From a virus (lineage: Duplodnaviria; Heunggongvirae; Uroviricota; Caudoviricetes): a stretch of DNA of 64,000 bases. A program made the translations under genes and the position numbers. How positions within the stretch are numbered: position 1 is the first letter of the stretch; every line of letters begins with the position of its first letter. Below, one piece after another: positions 9,482 through 19,194 of this stretch. A model generated the notes under the pieces. It saw only the letters and a list, made by a program, of their open reading frames with translations, had not been told where the DNA came from and ran no database searches. Where the stretch lies: positions 38,417 through 102,416 of IMG/VR virus record IMGVR_UViG_3300012359_000001. One strand, given 5' to 3'.

Positions 9482-10030
9482 TTATTCTTCAGTGAATTCT
9501 ACGTTAATGTCAAAAGCCGCACCTGTAGTTGTAACGCCATTCAGGTTAATCGCAATGACTTCAGCGATACCACGAATCACTGGTGCCTGGGCAGGTCTAT
9601 CACCAAAGGTCAAGAATAACTTCTCAGGTCCGGTGGTAGCGGTTGCAGGGGCAGACAGGTACACATAAGCAACTTTGATGTTCCCGATAAGCGTCCCTGT
9701 GGTGGGATTGGCTGTATAGGCAAGAACTGTTGCTGTAGCCGCCCCACTTGCGCTATCATGCGGTACAATCGTTGGCGCTGTGCTGGTGCCAACAGTATTT
9801 GCCACCGAGCGTTTCAAGAGGACAATCTGAACAGGGACCGCCGTTGTCGATTGTCCTGAAATCTCGATACGGGTAATCCTGACGGTCTTCGTTGCCGATC
9901 CGGTGATAGTAAAAATGTCGGTTGCGCTTGCAGCAGTCACCAGACCAGTGATACTTGCTGAGTACGTTGCTTTCAGTCCGTCAACAGGCGCTATGCTGTT
10001 GGGAGGTACCGACGGTACAATAACTGGCAT
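9482..10030 (-). CDS. Hypothetical structural protein (Thr/Ala/Ser-rich, possible decoration or Ig-like)
   Basis: 182 aa with T/A/S-rich composition. Located just downstream of the capsid gene. Confidence 0.4.
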   Translation of the reverse strand: MPVIVPSVPPNSIAPVDGLKATYSASITGLVTAASATDIFTITGSATKTVRITRIEISGQSTTAVPVQIVLLKRSVANTVGTSTAPTIVPHDSASGAATATVLAYTANPTTGTLIGNIKVAYVYLSAPATATTGPEKLFLTFGDRPAQAPVIRGIAEVIAINLNGVTTTGAAFDINVEFTEE

Positions 10031-10056
10031 ATCTTTTCCTCTTTCTTACAGGGCTG

Positions 10057-10515
10057 CTAGACTGCTGAAGGCATAACGCGGGGTTCGCCCTCGATCCATA
10101 CCGCGTCATACGCCGCGCCCGTTGAGCCTGAAGCGGTGACATCACACCTGACAAAGCGTTGCGCTCCAATGTAGCCAATTCTCTGATTAAAAGCGGTAGC
10201 CGCGCTACTAATCGCTGTCGGCTGTGCATTCCCTACTTTGACCGGTGTATGGTCAGTGGCGCTCGTAGCTTTCCAGGCAATCAGATCAGTGGTTGCAACG
10301 GTGGTCCACGAACCGGGGCTTCCACTCCCATTATCAGGCGCTTCCTCAATCAGAAAAGTGTGCGTCCCATCCGTCCAGGTACCAGTCATGATGTACAGGG
10401 TAGCCGCATTAAAGCCAGCAAGATCTACCGTCGTACCCGCCGCAACCGATGTCTTATTGACCGCCGCGCCGAGTGCGTTGACGACTGTGCCTAGCTTTGA
10501 AACATTATCTCTCAT
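10057..10515 (-). CDS. Hypothetical structural protein
   Basis: 152 aa, Gly/Thr/Ala-rich, downstream of the major capsid protein. Confidence 0.4.
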   Translation of the reverse strand: MRDNVSKLGTVVNALGAAVNKTSVAAGTTVDLAGFNAATLYIMTGTWTDGTHTFLIEEAPDNGSGSPGSWTTVATTDLIAWKATSATDHTPVKVGNAQPTAISSAATAFNQRIGYIGAQRFVRCDVTASGSTGAAYDAVWIEGEPRVMPSAV

Positions 10516-10560
10516 ATTGTATTTTCTCCATGTAAGTGAGCATGCTACAAAACAGGCATA

Positions 10561-11940
10561 TCAGGAAACACTAACTTTTAGGACCCTGAACGCTTCGGGG
10601 AGCGTTACATCTCCTCCTACCCGCATACGGGCAATAAAGCCCACCATGCCGGAAGACGCGTATAACTCGTTTAACTGGCGTAAATTCATATTTACCCTGT
10701 CCACGATGAGATAATGTGAAAAGTCACCTACGATGATAGGATACGCATTAGCAGCTATTTCCGGTGCATCCGGTATCTCGATGTACGGCCTATCGTAGAT
10801 GGTTGAAGGAAGATTACTTGCTCCAAACGGTTGCCAGATCGCACGATTCATGGAGTCTTTAAACAGGCGGATCGAGTTGAGTGTGCTACGTGAGAATGCC
10901 CAGGTGACATTCGCGGCGTAGGCAGACTTGAGATCCATAAGCAAGTTCAGTACGGCATCTGCACTGAGGTTCGCGGCACTGCCTGACGGGACATAGGGGA
11001 TAGCGTCGGTGACATTGTTTTTTCCGGCACTCCCACCTGCATAACTGGAGCTGGCTTTAATCGGGTAACTGAGGATGCCACGCGGCTTGCCTACACCGTT
11101 ACCAGCCACGAATGCCTTACTCTCCAATTGCGCGAAGTTGAGTCCTAGCCTCTCCTTGATAAAAGCTTCCAGATCGAACATGCTGTCTTCCATGTTTTGC
11201 TCTGAAATCCTCATCAGACCACGCGCCTCATGCACCGGAATGTTCAGCATGCCAAAGCTCGTCTCATTGCTGTCAGAAAAGTTTGCCTGCTCAGTTGCCC
11301 AATACGCACTCGTGTCATTGATGAGCGCTGGCATCTGCACTTTTTCCCCGTTAGTCTGCATGACGCGACACACCTGACGCATCGGGGAGATCAAAATTTT
11401 ATATGCCTGCAATTCGGCAACGAAGTCGGTAGAAGCGAAGAAGCCGCCTGTTGTGGCATCGCCAGCGTACAGGGCTTTCTTCTCAGGCGGCATCATGTCA
11501 GAAACAATGTACTGCTTTTCCTCATGAGAGAGTTGCGCAAGATCGCCTTTGCGTTTGATGGCTTTCAAAAAAGCGTTACGAGCAGGGTGCGATTTGCGCT
11601 TCAGTGGAAAGGCTTTGCGTTGAAGTGTCTGCATGATGTCCGATGTACGTAAGAAGTGCAAGTTCATGCAAGGCAGAGGTGCATCGTCGTCAAACTCTCC
11701 TTCAGTGAGAGAGGGAGGGCGCAACGCTTCAACTTTGGCTTTATTGACTTCATCCATCAGTTCATTGATGCGACCGTTGAGACCATCAATGGCTGATTTG
11801 TATTCAGCAGGCATGGCACCTGACTTTGAAGTCAGGTTCTCACCTAGCTTTTTTTGTTCGGAGTCAAGAGTATCTACACGGCTTCGTAAGTCTGCGGAAA
11901 CTTTATTGACTTCCTCCATGATATCCGTAAGTGTCGGCAT
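10561..11940 (-). CDS. Major capsid protein, HK97 family
   Basis: N-terminal coiled region followed by an HK97-like core. Start moved to the ATG at 11940, which has an AGGTAAGGA RBS; the track start at 11970 is GTG and abuts the protease stop. Confidence 0.85.
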   Translation of the reverse strand: MPTLTDIMEEVNKVSADLRSRVDTLDSEQKKLGENLTSKSGAMPAEYKSAIDGLNGRINELMDEVNKAKVEALRPPSLTEGEFDDDAPLPCMNLHFLRTSDIMQTLQRKAFPLKRKSHPARNAFLKAIKRKGDLAQLSHEEKQYIVSDMMPPEKKALYAGDATTGGFFASTDFVAELQAYKILISPMRQVCRVMQTNGEKVQMPALINDTSAYWATEQANFSDSNETSFGMLNIPVHEARGLMRISEQNMEDSMFDLEAFIKERLGLNFAQLESKAFVAGNGVGKPRGILSYPIKASSSYAGGSAGKNNVTDAIPYVPSGSAANLSADAVLNLLMDLKSAYAANVTWAFSRSTLNSIRLFKDSMNRAIWQPFGASNLPSTIYDRPYIEIPDAPEIAANAYPIIVGDFSHYLIVDRVNMNLRQLNELYASSGMVGFIARMRVGGDVTLPEAFRVLKVSVS

Positions 11941-11969
11941 GCATTTGTCCTTACCTGTGTACAAGTACA

Positions 11970-13550
11970 CTAACTAATGCGTAACGCCCGTAGCGAGTCC
12001 AGCATTGCTGTTAGTTCTTGCTCGTTCACAGTGTCTTGTTCGGACGAGTGTGGTTGAGCACCGCGTGCATCGTCATGCGAGGCGGTTTTCCCTTCTGGCT
12101 TATCAGGAGTGCCAGGGTCGGTTCCATAGGCAGGCTCACTGCCTTGTAGAATGGTGGCTAAATCATCGGCAGCATTCATAATTGCTGACTTGTGGCTCTT
12201 TGCCATATCGTGCAAGGTATCGATGTGTGACTGTATTTTTTCTGAGGTGGTCTTACTGATAGCGCGTCCAGCTTTACGCGCAATACGTCGGCTACTAGCC
12301 ATACCATAGTAACTGCCATAGTTGGGCTTGCTCTCAGATCCGTACTGTATGAGGTTGTCGGCATCAGAACGAGAGTAACTATTCTCTTCCAGGTAGTCAG
12401 ATAAGCTGTACTCAATGGCCTGATCAACCCACTTCATCACGGCGTCATTGAAGGCAGTAAGCGCAGATTGCACGTCAGGCTTTGGCTGATCCCCGATTTT
12501 AAAGGCATCAAGGACCGCACAAGAAAGCGCGCACACGAGCACATCTTGCCAGTCTTCAAGCAAATCTTCACAACTTTCCTCTGCAAAATGTTCTTCAAAT
12601 GTTTTACGTTGTCTGTCCATTGTGCTTCCTTTGTCTTTCCAGGGTGGCTCTAATGGTGTGTCGTCGCCATATTTAGCATTTATCCGGTTGTAGAGAGTTT
12701 CGACTTTTTTCTTCATACCGCCGCTGTCTGAACTTGAGTCAGCCCCACGGGCACCTTGAAGGGCATTAGCAACCGCTTTAACGCCTCCCACGCAAATATG
12801 AGGTGAAGTGTCTGCATACCAGAAAGGATAAGAATAACTTCCCTTCTGCTGAACATCCCCGTTGACACTCATAAAATATTTTTTAGCGAGTGTCGTATTG
12901 ATTGACCCATCGTCTTTTTCACATACTGCCCATATTTGCTTCTTTGCCTTTGCTCCATCCCAGACTTCATCACGTGGTCCGATTGGCCCTGAGGTGTTGC
13001 CACACACGGTTTTCGTATCTATAGATTTCACATCAGTAACGATTGCCAATGTATTCATTGGGAATGTAACGATCGAGCCTTCCCACAGTCGCACTTCAAT
13101 CAGGTCTCGTACATTCTTGTCTTCAACTTTGACCCAACTAGATTGAAGCACGTCATAGCCCATACTCTGATTGAAGATATAGCCCTTCTTGAGTGCACTA
13201 TAGGCTTCACGCCCCTGCTGTACATCCAGGTCAATTTGTAGTTCTACAAACAAACCAGTTGCATCCTCGCGTGCCTCAGTGTACCCACCTATAGGTTGAT
13301 CAGTTGAGTGCTGCCACAGGAGGGGGAAGAGGTACTTCATTTCGTGTTTTTGTTTGTACTCATACTTGTTGGCAAGCGTGCGCTTGAATGCGTTAGGAAG
13401 GACACGATCGCCCCCATCGTCAATATTGTCAAAGGTCGAAAGGTACCCACGTACAATCCCTTGTTCATCGTCGAACTCTTTGACCTTGAAGGGAAAGGCC
13501 TTGTGCTCTCGTATGATCTCCCTGGTTTTGCTCATGCTTCCACCTCCCAT
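11970..13550 (-). CDS. Prohead protease (HK97/U35 family) with a roughly 340-aa C-terminal extension, possibly a scaffolding domain
   Basis: VRGYLSTFDNIDDGGDRVLPNAFKRTL is the U35 prohead protease signature. A long acidic C-terminal region follows. No separate scaffold gene lies between it and the capsid gene. Confidence 0.7.
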   Translation of the reverse strand: MGGGSMSKTREIIREHKAFPFKVKEFDDEQGIVRGYLSTFDNIDDGGDRVLPNAFKRTLANKYEYKQKHEMKYLFPLLWQHSTDQPIGGYTEAREDATGLFVELQIDLDVQQGREAYSALKKGYIFNQSMGYDVLQSSWVKVEDKNVRDLIEVRLWEGSIVTFPMNTLAIVTDVKSIDTKTVCGNTSGPIGPRDEVWDGAKAKKQIWAVCEKDDGSINTTLAKKYFMSVNGDVQQKGSYSYPFWYADTSPHICVGGVKAVANALQGARGADSSSDSGGMKKKVETLYNRINAKYGDDTPLEPPWKDKGSTMDRQRKTFEEHFAEESCEDLLEDWQDVLVCALSCAVLDAFKIGDQPKPDVQSALTAFNDAVMKWVDQAIEYSLSDYLEENSYSRSDADNLIQYGSESKPNYGSYYGMASSRRIARKAGRAISKTTSEKIQSHIDTLHDMAKSHKSAIMNAADDLATILQGSEPAYGTDPGTPDKPEGKTASHDDARGAQPHSSEQDTVNEQELTAMLDSLRALRIS

Positions 13551-14155
13551 AGTGAGCGGGTTGTGTGTTGTGGTACAGGGGTGTCGATTGCGCGTGCAAT
13601 ACGTCCGAACTTTTGAAACTCTTGTATGAACTTGTGTTCGTGAGGTCCGAGATAGACAATAGCAAGAGGGTACCCAAAGTGTTGAGTAGTGCCATCCGGT
13701 CGATCAAACTTTATGTAACCACGATGGAAACATATAGGGTAGTCATAGAGAGGCTGAAACCATACGCAAGAAGAATTGCCGCCGCAAAGAAGAATTGCTT
13801 GACTTGTACGTCCCTCAACATATTCATGTAAAAGCTTCTGTGTGAATACCTCTTGAAACCCATATGTAGACCCTAAAAGTTCTGGGCGTATACGCCCATA
13901 GGGGGGATTGAGCCACACGTTACCCTTCCATTCCTTACCTAACCCATCATCCTCTTTCGTGTAATAGCGTGCCGCCTTGACCGTTCTATTGGCAAGTTCA
14001 CAGGAGGCAGGGTCTAAATCTATCGAACCCATAACACGCCTTGCGGCATCAACATATGGAGCAGGAGTAAACCACTCATTATCTTTGCTTGCTTGCGCTG
14101 GTAGAGACATGACATCAAACAGTGTTGCCATATCACTCTCTCGAACTATCTGCAT
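13532..14155 (-). CDS. dam: DNA N6-adenine methyltransferase (phage Dam family)
   Basis: WFTPAPYVDAARRVMGSIDLDPAS plus NVWLNPPYG (motif IV NPPY). Confidence 0.75.
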   Translation of the reverse strand: MQIVRESDMATLFDVMSLPAQASKDNEWFTPAPYVDAARRVMGSIDLDPASCELANRTVKAARYYTKEDDGLGKEWKGNVWLNPPYGRIRPELLGSTYGFQEVFTQKLLHEYVEGRTSQAILLCGGNSSCVWFQPLYDYPICFHRGYIKFDRPDGTTQHFGYPLAIVYLGPHEHKFIQEFQKFGRIARAIDTPVPQHTTRSLWEVEA

Positions 14156-15858
14156 GTTGCCTCCATAAACTCTCGATACGGGTTGTTCACCGGACGGTAC
14201 CCTTCTCCATATGCAGCACTCTTGCTCTTATCTACAGCTTTCAACACACAACGACAATGAGGATGTGCGACAGGGACGCGGTTCCCACTCGGAAACTTAG
14301 AACCAACCTCACGTATCACCCGATCATTCTTCTGACATCGCTCACAAGAAAGTGAGTTGGCTAGCCATTGGATATGCGTCACACCCTGCTCTCGTAGTAC
14401 CGCAAGTTGTTGTTCCTCACTATCGTCGAGATACATCAGTTCCTTCTCGTCATAGTCAGGTCTGTAGTGTTTTTGAGGCGGCATTGATTCAGGGACAGGC
14501 GCTTCATCCCCTGGTTGCGGCAACACGGGATCGTTCGCATCAACCGGCTCATGGATGGCTTGTGGTGCTCTTGCGGGGGTAGTGAGTGATTGCAACGCAT
14601 ACTCCATCAACTTATCGGCAGGGATGAGCACTTGACCGATACGATACACGTTACCTTCTGGCACCTCTGGCAAGCCCTGTAGCACCCTGGCTTCATTGAG
14701 CAGGCACGCGCCTTGCATATAGGACTGTACAGCGCGTTGGGCTTGTGCTGTCTTCTGTGCCTGTACCATCTCCTGTATGACCTCGACACTTTCCTTGTCA
14801 TAGTAGAGATAGGCACCGCTATTCTTGAGGTCAGGGTACATCGGCACCAGCCAGTTATTCCACATGCCATACAAGTCGTCTAAGTCAGGAAATATCGCCT
14901 CAGTGTAACTAGCGGCTTTGGCTTCCATCATGTTGTTGTAGGTAGAGCTGCTGGTATCGCCAATGAGTTGCGGCGGCATGTTGTAAATATTGGCAATCAA
15001 GATCGCGTTATACTTGATACTCTCCAACCAATCCAGTTCAGCAGGAGGCAAGCCCATGCTTTGCCATGTCAAGCCTGCATCAAGAATAGGCGGCACGCCA
15101 GCATTACGCGATCCGCTTAACTTCTCTTTCAAGAGTTGCTGCAACCGAGTGCGATCATTGAGCGAAAGCGCTGTAGGCACCGTCCAGGCACCACTAGGAC
15201 GAGCACTATTCTGCACCAGTGCGAGATCCCACTTCCTTGTACCGGTTTGCATGTCAATGAGGATAGCAGCAACCTCGATAGGACTCATGCCAAAGTAAGG
15301 ATTGTCTGGATTGAAATATTTTGTATGACCAATATTCTCAGCCGCAATAGGCTGGTCCATCGCTTCATACTTGTAGGCAGAGACACCACGCACTTTATCA
15401 GGGATAGGCGCTACTCTGTCAGGACGTAAGCACCACAACTCGTCAGGAGGTCCGTTCTTCGCACGAATGGCATACTGGAAATTATTACCAGATATCAGTT
15501 TGTAGGCAAGGCACGCCTCACGATACGCTACCCCTGATTGCTCATTGTTGGGCTTGTTGAGCCTGTCAAGAAGAGGGTGTTTCTCTATCTTCTTTTGCTT
15601 TGTTTCATCGGTATATAGCAAAGGTGGGATAGAGCCGCCATTACGCGAAATGTAGCCTACGCATTTCCATACTGTGTTATCAGTGTATCCCTCTTTTGCA
15701 AAGGAGCGGTAATTTCTCGGCATCGTGACCGGTTGAGGCGCGTTCCCATACGCAACCAGACCAGAATAGGCAGGGTTGGCCTTTTGCTCTTGCCAGTCGG
15801 TATGCGTAGGGTTGAAGAAGGCATGGAACCGTTGCTTGAGGCTAACCACGTGTACCAT
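14146..15858 (-). CDS. Portal protein with a C-terminal MuF/SPP1 gp7-like head morphogenesis motif
   Basis: Large portal-like body. The C-terminus ...NRVPVAHPHCRCVLKAV matches the HxxCRC motif of the MuF family. Start placed at the ATG at 15858 after an AAGGAAGG RBS, downstream of a terminator hairpin. Confidence 0.7.
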   Translation of the reverse strand: MVHVVSLKQRFHAFFNPTHTDWQEQKANPAYSGLVAYGNAPQPVTMPRNYRSFAKEGYTDNTVWKCVGYISRNGGSIPPLLYTDETKQKKIEKHPLLDRLNKPNNEQSGVAYREACLAYKLISGNNFQYAIRAKNGPPDELWCLRPDRVAPIPDKVRGVSAYKYEAMDQPIAAENIGHTKYFNPDNPYFGMSPIEVAAILIDMQTGTRKWDLALVQNSARPSGAWTVPTALSLNDRTRLQQLLKEKLSGSRNAGVPPILDAGLTWQSMGLPPAELDWLESIKYNAILIANIYNMPPQLIGDTSSSTYNNMMEAKAASYTEAIFPDLDDLYGMWNNWLVPMYPDLKNSGAYLYYDKESVEVIQEMVQAQKTAQAQRAVQSYMQGACLLNEARVLQGLPEVPEGNVYRIGQVLIPADKLMEYALQSLTTPARAPQAIHEPVDANDPVLPQPGDEAPVPESMPPQKHYRPDYDEKELMYLDDSEEQQLAVLREQGVTHIQWLANSLSCERCQKNDRVIREVGSKFPSGNRVPVAHPHCRCVLKAVDKSKSAAYGEGYRPVNNPYREFMEATCR

Positions 15859-15870
15859 CCTTCCTTGAGC

Positions 15871-15914
15871 AAATAAAAAAGGTCGCATCCTCCACACAAA
15901 GTAGAGTAGCGACC
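15871..15914 (-). terminator. Rho-independent terminator (minus strand) upstream of the portal start
   Basis: GGTCGC...GCGACC stem (15881-15914) followed on the minus strand by TTTTTTATTT (15871-15880). Confidence 0.45.
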
Positions 15915-15993
15915 TAGCAGGCATAAGCGCCCTAGCAGTCTTATTGCTTGTAGTATAACATACAAGCAACCATTAATGTCACACTATCTGCAA

Positions 15994-16353
15994 CTATTTC
16001 TCTTTTGTTTCTATCACAATGGATAATCTACATTTCCCTTGCGTATCTACCATCCGGAGTTCCAACTTATCTGGGAGCATAATACGAAATCTTGCGGTTG
16101 TGGTACGGGGGAATAACTCTTGATACGTGGTGCCATCTGGAAACTTAACAATGACATCCTCATCAGGAAAAGTGTCAATCGTTGTACATCCGTGTTCTTC
16201 AAGGATAGCCAACATCTTCAAAATGTCTTTGTAGTACTGCGAACTTGCAGGATTGGAAATCATCAATTCGCTATGGAGCGGCTTGATGGACTCTAACTCT
16301 TCAAACATACGAGCGTCAAGAGGATTATTTTCTGGATTGTTGGTATCAGACAT
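15994..16353 (-). CDS. Hypothetical protein (accessory island)
   Basis: 119-aa ORF. Confidence 0.35.
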   Translation of the reverse strand: MSDTNNPENNPLDARMFEELESIKPLHSELMISNPASSQYYKDILKMLAILEEHGCTTIDTFPDEDVIVKFPDGTTYQELFPRTTTARFRIMLPDKLELRMVDTQGKCRLSIVIETKEK

Positions 16354-16425
16354 GATAGGTTCCTCCCTGTTATTTTCTTCGGTCTAAGCATAACAGGAAA
16401 GTGTGTGTTTTGCAGCAATCAAGGG

Positions 16426-16647
16426 CTATATCCATTTGAAGTAACTATCGATATTCTCAGAAGTAAACATGATACGGATAACAGCCTCATTGTAGGTTCC
16501 GGCCAGCACGCCATCGTGTAGCACGTCCACATAGGCCACTGCATGCCATTGATGATTGAGTGCTGCTGTACCCATTTGTTGCTGAAGAGAGTTGCGTGTG
16601 GTGTATCCTCTGGCTTGCAGGGCTTCCTCAAATTCTACTATGGTCAC
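16426..16647 (-). CDS. Hypothetical protein
   Basis: 73-aa ORF. Confidence 0.3.
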   Translation of the reverse strand: MTIVEFEEALQARGYTTRNSLQQQMGTAALNHQWHAVAYVDVLHDGVLAGTYNEAVIRIMFTSENIDSYFKWI

Positions 16648-17120
16648 TCCTCACCTGCCTTGAACGTCTTGTACTCTTGCAGCCACTTCAACGCATCCTC
16701 ACGATCACTACACTCATGAAATTCCTCTATAAAATATTCAGCATCACAGAGTAGCCTATCACGCTCAACAAAGCGGCTATCAAACTCCATCACACCCTGT
16801 ATCAATTTGAACTTTTCATCACCCTCACCTTTCACGAACAACTGCACATCTTCAGGATAAACCCACTTGATTGTGCTGAGATGCTTCTGAAATGCTGCAA
16901 GGTTGAAGTAATTATATGCGCCCACGTACACATGACATTGCAATGACTTTGACCCGCCATACCAACCACACGGTAACTCCTGAGCGTGCAGTCCAACGAG
17001 CGGATTATCAGGAATGCTATAATGCTCTGTGTCTGAGAAGTACTGATTGACCTCTGCAATGCGTTCCTCTTCATCCTCCATACCTGATATGTGGAGCAAC
17101 AGGCTAGTAACACAACTCAT
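16644..17120 (-). CDS. Hypothetical protein
   Basis: ORF trimmed to the internal Met at 17120 to avoid overlap with the next gene. Confidence 0.3.
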   Translation of the reverse strand: MSCVTSLLLHISGMEDEEERIAEVNQYFSDTEHYSIPDNPLVGLHAQELPCGWYGGSKSLQCHVYVGAYNYFNLAAFQKHLSTIKWVYPEDVQLFVKGEGDEKFKLIQGVMEFDSRFVERDRLLCDAEYFIEEFHECSDREDALKWLQEYKTFKAGEE

Positions 17121-17124
17121 GGCT

Positions 17125-17376
17125 TTAATTTCTCCAGGACGTGATATCTGGTATATTTTCAACTTCCATAGGATCTTCCAGATCGTACCGTCTATCTCCC
17201 TCTGCAAGTCTATTGAGGGTATGCTTCACCAGATCATAGGCACGTTGAGCAATAGTCTCTTCCCACTCAGCACGCCAATCATCCTGAAAAGGCGTTTCAA
17301 CCGTGATAACACTCGCCTTCAATAGTTCGTCTAACAGCAACTTCGCAAAACCTGAAAAATGTGTGTCACGCTCCAT
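17125..17376 (-). CDS. Hypothetical protein
   Basis: 83-aa ORF. Confidence 0.3.
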   Translation of the reverse strand: MERDTHFSGFAKLLLDELLKASVITVETPFQDDWRAEWEETIAQRAYDLVKHTLNRLAEGDRRYDLEDPMEVENIPDITSWRN

Positions 17377-17578
17377 GCTGTACCTCCTCTTGTCCCTTCA
17401 GATAACACGACTGGCACCAATAATCGACGCTCTCTAGTTTATCGTCTTCAGCACGATTGAGGACACCAACGACAACCACCGCTAACGCTCCACAGACGCA
17501 CTCTAGACGCCCACCGCCACGTAACATCACAATGACTGGTTGCCACTTGCTATCCCCTTCAGTATCCTTCTCATTCAC
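17366..17578 (-). CDS. Hypothetical Cys-rich small protein
   Basis: 70 aa with CVCG and CQSC pairs. It abuts the IS left end. Confidence 0.3.
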   Translation of the reverse strand: MNEKDTEGDSKWQPVIVMLRGGGRLECVCGALAVVVVGVLNRAEDDKLESVDYWCQSCYLKGQEEVQHGA

Positions 17579-17584
17579 ACGAAC

Positions 17585-18895
17585 CTCCGTTCAGGAAGCC
17601 CTACGGCTTCAGCCAAGGGAGGAATGAACGGCTTCCGCAGAAGCATTATTGCGTATTGACGATATCCCTCTAAGTGTGCTATAATACTGACATGAAACAA
17701 ACCATGCTCTTGAAACTGGCACCATCGCCAGAACAACAGAACGCCCTGCTTGAAGTCATGCATGCCTTTAATGATGCGTGTAATATGATCGCGCAAGTGG
17801 CATACGATGAACAACTTGCCAACAAGTTCAAGTTGCAAAAGTTGGTCTATGCCACCGTACGCAAGGACTTCAAGTTGTCGTCTCAGTTGGCAATACGCGC
17901 AATCAGCAAAACGGTGGAGTCCTACAAGCATGATAAGAGCATCAAAGTTTCTTTCCGCCGTGAGGGTGCAATCACCTATGACGAGCGGGTAATGTCCTTC
18001 AAAGGGTTGAATGAAGTCTCCCTGCTCACTCTGCAAGGGCGTGTGTTGGTTCCGTTTCGTATCGGCGGCTATCAGGAGTCTCGACTTGACCAAATCAAGG
18101 GGCAGGCCGATCTTCTCTTGAAGGGAAATACCTTCTATCTTGCAGTCACCCTGGACGTGCCAACTCCTGAACCCTATCAACCGTCTGAGACGTTGGGTGT
18201 TGATCTCGGTATTATCAACCTTGCTACCGCGTCGGATGGTGAGACGTTTAGCGGACAGGCGATTGAGCATACCCGCATACGCATGCTCTCGTTGCGAACA
18301 CGTTTGCAGAAGGTTGGCACGAAGTCCGCAAAGCGCCACCTCAAGAAACTTTCCGGTCATGAGAAACGGTTTCATCGTAACACGAATCATGTGATCTCCA
18401 AACATCTGGTACATAAAGCGAAAGTCAATGGACAAGAACTCGCGATTGAAGACTTAAGGCACATTCGTAAGAATGCAACGGTTCGGAAGTCTCAGCGCAA
18501 TCGACACGCCTCCTGGTCCTTCTGGCAACTGCGCTTCTTCCTCTCCTACAAGGCGGCGCTTGCGGGTGTTCCCTTGCACGTGGTAGACCCGCGTAACACG
18601 TCTCGAACGTGCCATGTGTGCGGACACTGCGAGAAAGCGAACCGCAAGAGTCAAGCCCTGTTCCTCTGTAAACAGTGCGGCATGTCGATGAACGCTGACA
18701 TCAACGCCGCAATAAACATATCTAGGGCTGAAGTCATGCAGCCTATGGCATCGGGACGCGCCCAGGTGCAAGCCGTTGGGTTTTAACTCAGGCGGTCATG
18801 ACTCTTGCGCTCCCTCTCCATACCGTTCAGGAAATTTACCCTTTGCCGTCTCTCTCTGGGGATAATCTGAAATATTCCCTATCAGTGGAGCAGAG
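17585..18895 (+). mobile_element. IS200/IS605-family element carrying only tnpB (IS1341-like). Boundaries approximate.
   Basis: Subterminal hairpins at 17600-17650 (GAAGCC..GGCTTC; GCTTCcgcaGAAGC). tnpB at 17692-18786. The motif CCGTTCAGGAA is repeated near both ends (about 17590 and 18832). Confidence 0.55.
17692..18786 (+). CDS. tnpB: TnpB (IS605 OrfB) RuvC-like RNA-guided nuclease family
   Basis: RuvC-I LGVDLGI, RuvC-II AIEDL, zinc finger CHVCGHC...CKQCG, and RuvC-III NADINAAINI. TATAAT sits 12 nt upstream of the ATG. Confidence 0.85.
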   Translation: MKQTMLLKLAPSPEQQNALLEVMHAFNDACNMIAQVAYDEQLANKFKLQKLVYATVRKDFKLSSQLAIRAISKTVESYKHDKSIKVSFRREGAITYDERVMSFKGLNEVSLLTLQGRVLVPFRIGGYQESRLDQIKGQADLLLKGNTFYLAVTLDVPTPEPYQPSETLGVDLGIINLATASDGETFSGQAIEHTRIRMLSLRTRLQKVGTKSAKRHLKKLSGHEKRFHRNTNHVISKHLVHKAKVNGQELAIEDLRHIRKNATVRKSQRNRHASWSFWQLRFFLSYKAALAGVPLHVVDPRNTSRTCHVCGHCEKANRKSQALFLCKQCGMSMNADINAAINISRAEVMQPMASGRAQVQAVGF

Positions 18896-18981
18896 ATAGC
18901 AAATGCGTGTAATATCTCCTGCCGAATATGCTCTACTGCGTCAAGCCATTCCTGCTCGCCTGCATCTGAAAATGTTGCTCT

Positions 18982-19194
18982 TCAGTCATGCGGTACGCGC
19001 CCTCTCTCTAATCGTTCCATCTCCTCTAATTCTTGCCATTGTCGCTCAATCCATTCGCGTGTGTAGCGTTCCACCTCACCACGATCTGACTTACAGCGTA
19101 CCTCCACATAACACCGTCCATTCTCAATACACAACGTAAAGTGAGTTGTCCCCCAAGTCGGGCATCGTACAGGGAGACGCTTGTTGTCAGTCAT
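18982..19194 (-). CDS. Hypothetical Cys-rich protein
   Basis: ORF trimmed to the internal Met to avoid a 73-nt overlap. Confidence 0.3.
   Translation of the reverse strand: MTDNKRLPVRCPTWGTTHFTLCIENGRCYVEVRCKSDRGEVERYTREWIERQWQELEEMERLERGRVPHD

Noticed and set aside
10159-11652. Plus-strand ORFs of 100-160 aa opposite the capsid-region genes
   Set aside because: Antisense to head genes, with no RBS and biased composition.
17575-18435. 286-aa minus-strand ORF
   Set aside because: Antisense to tnpB, whose RuvC and zinc-finger motifs are unambiguous. No RBS.
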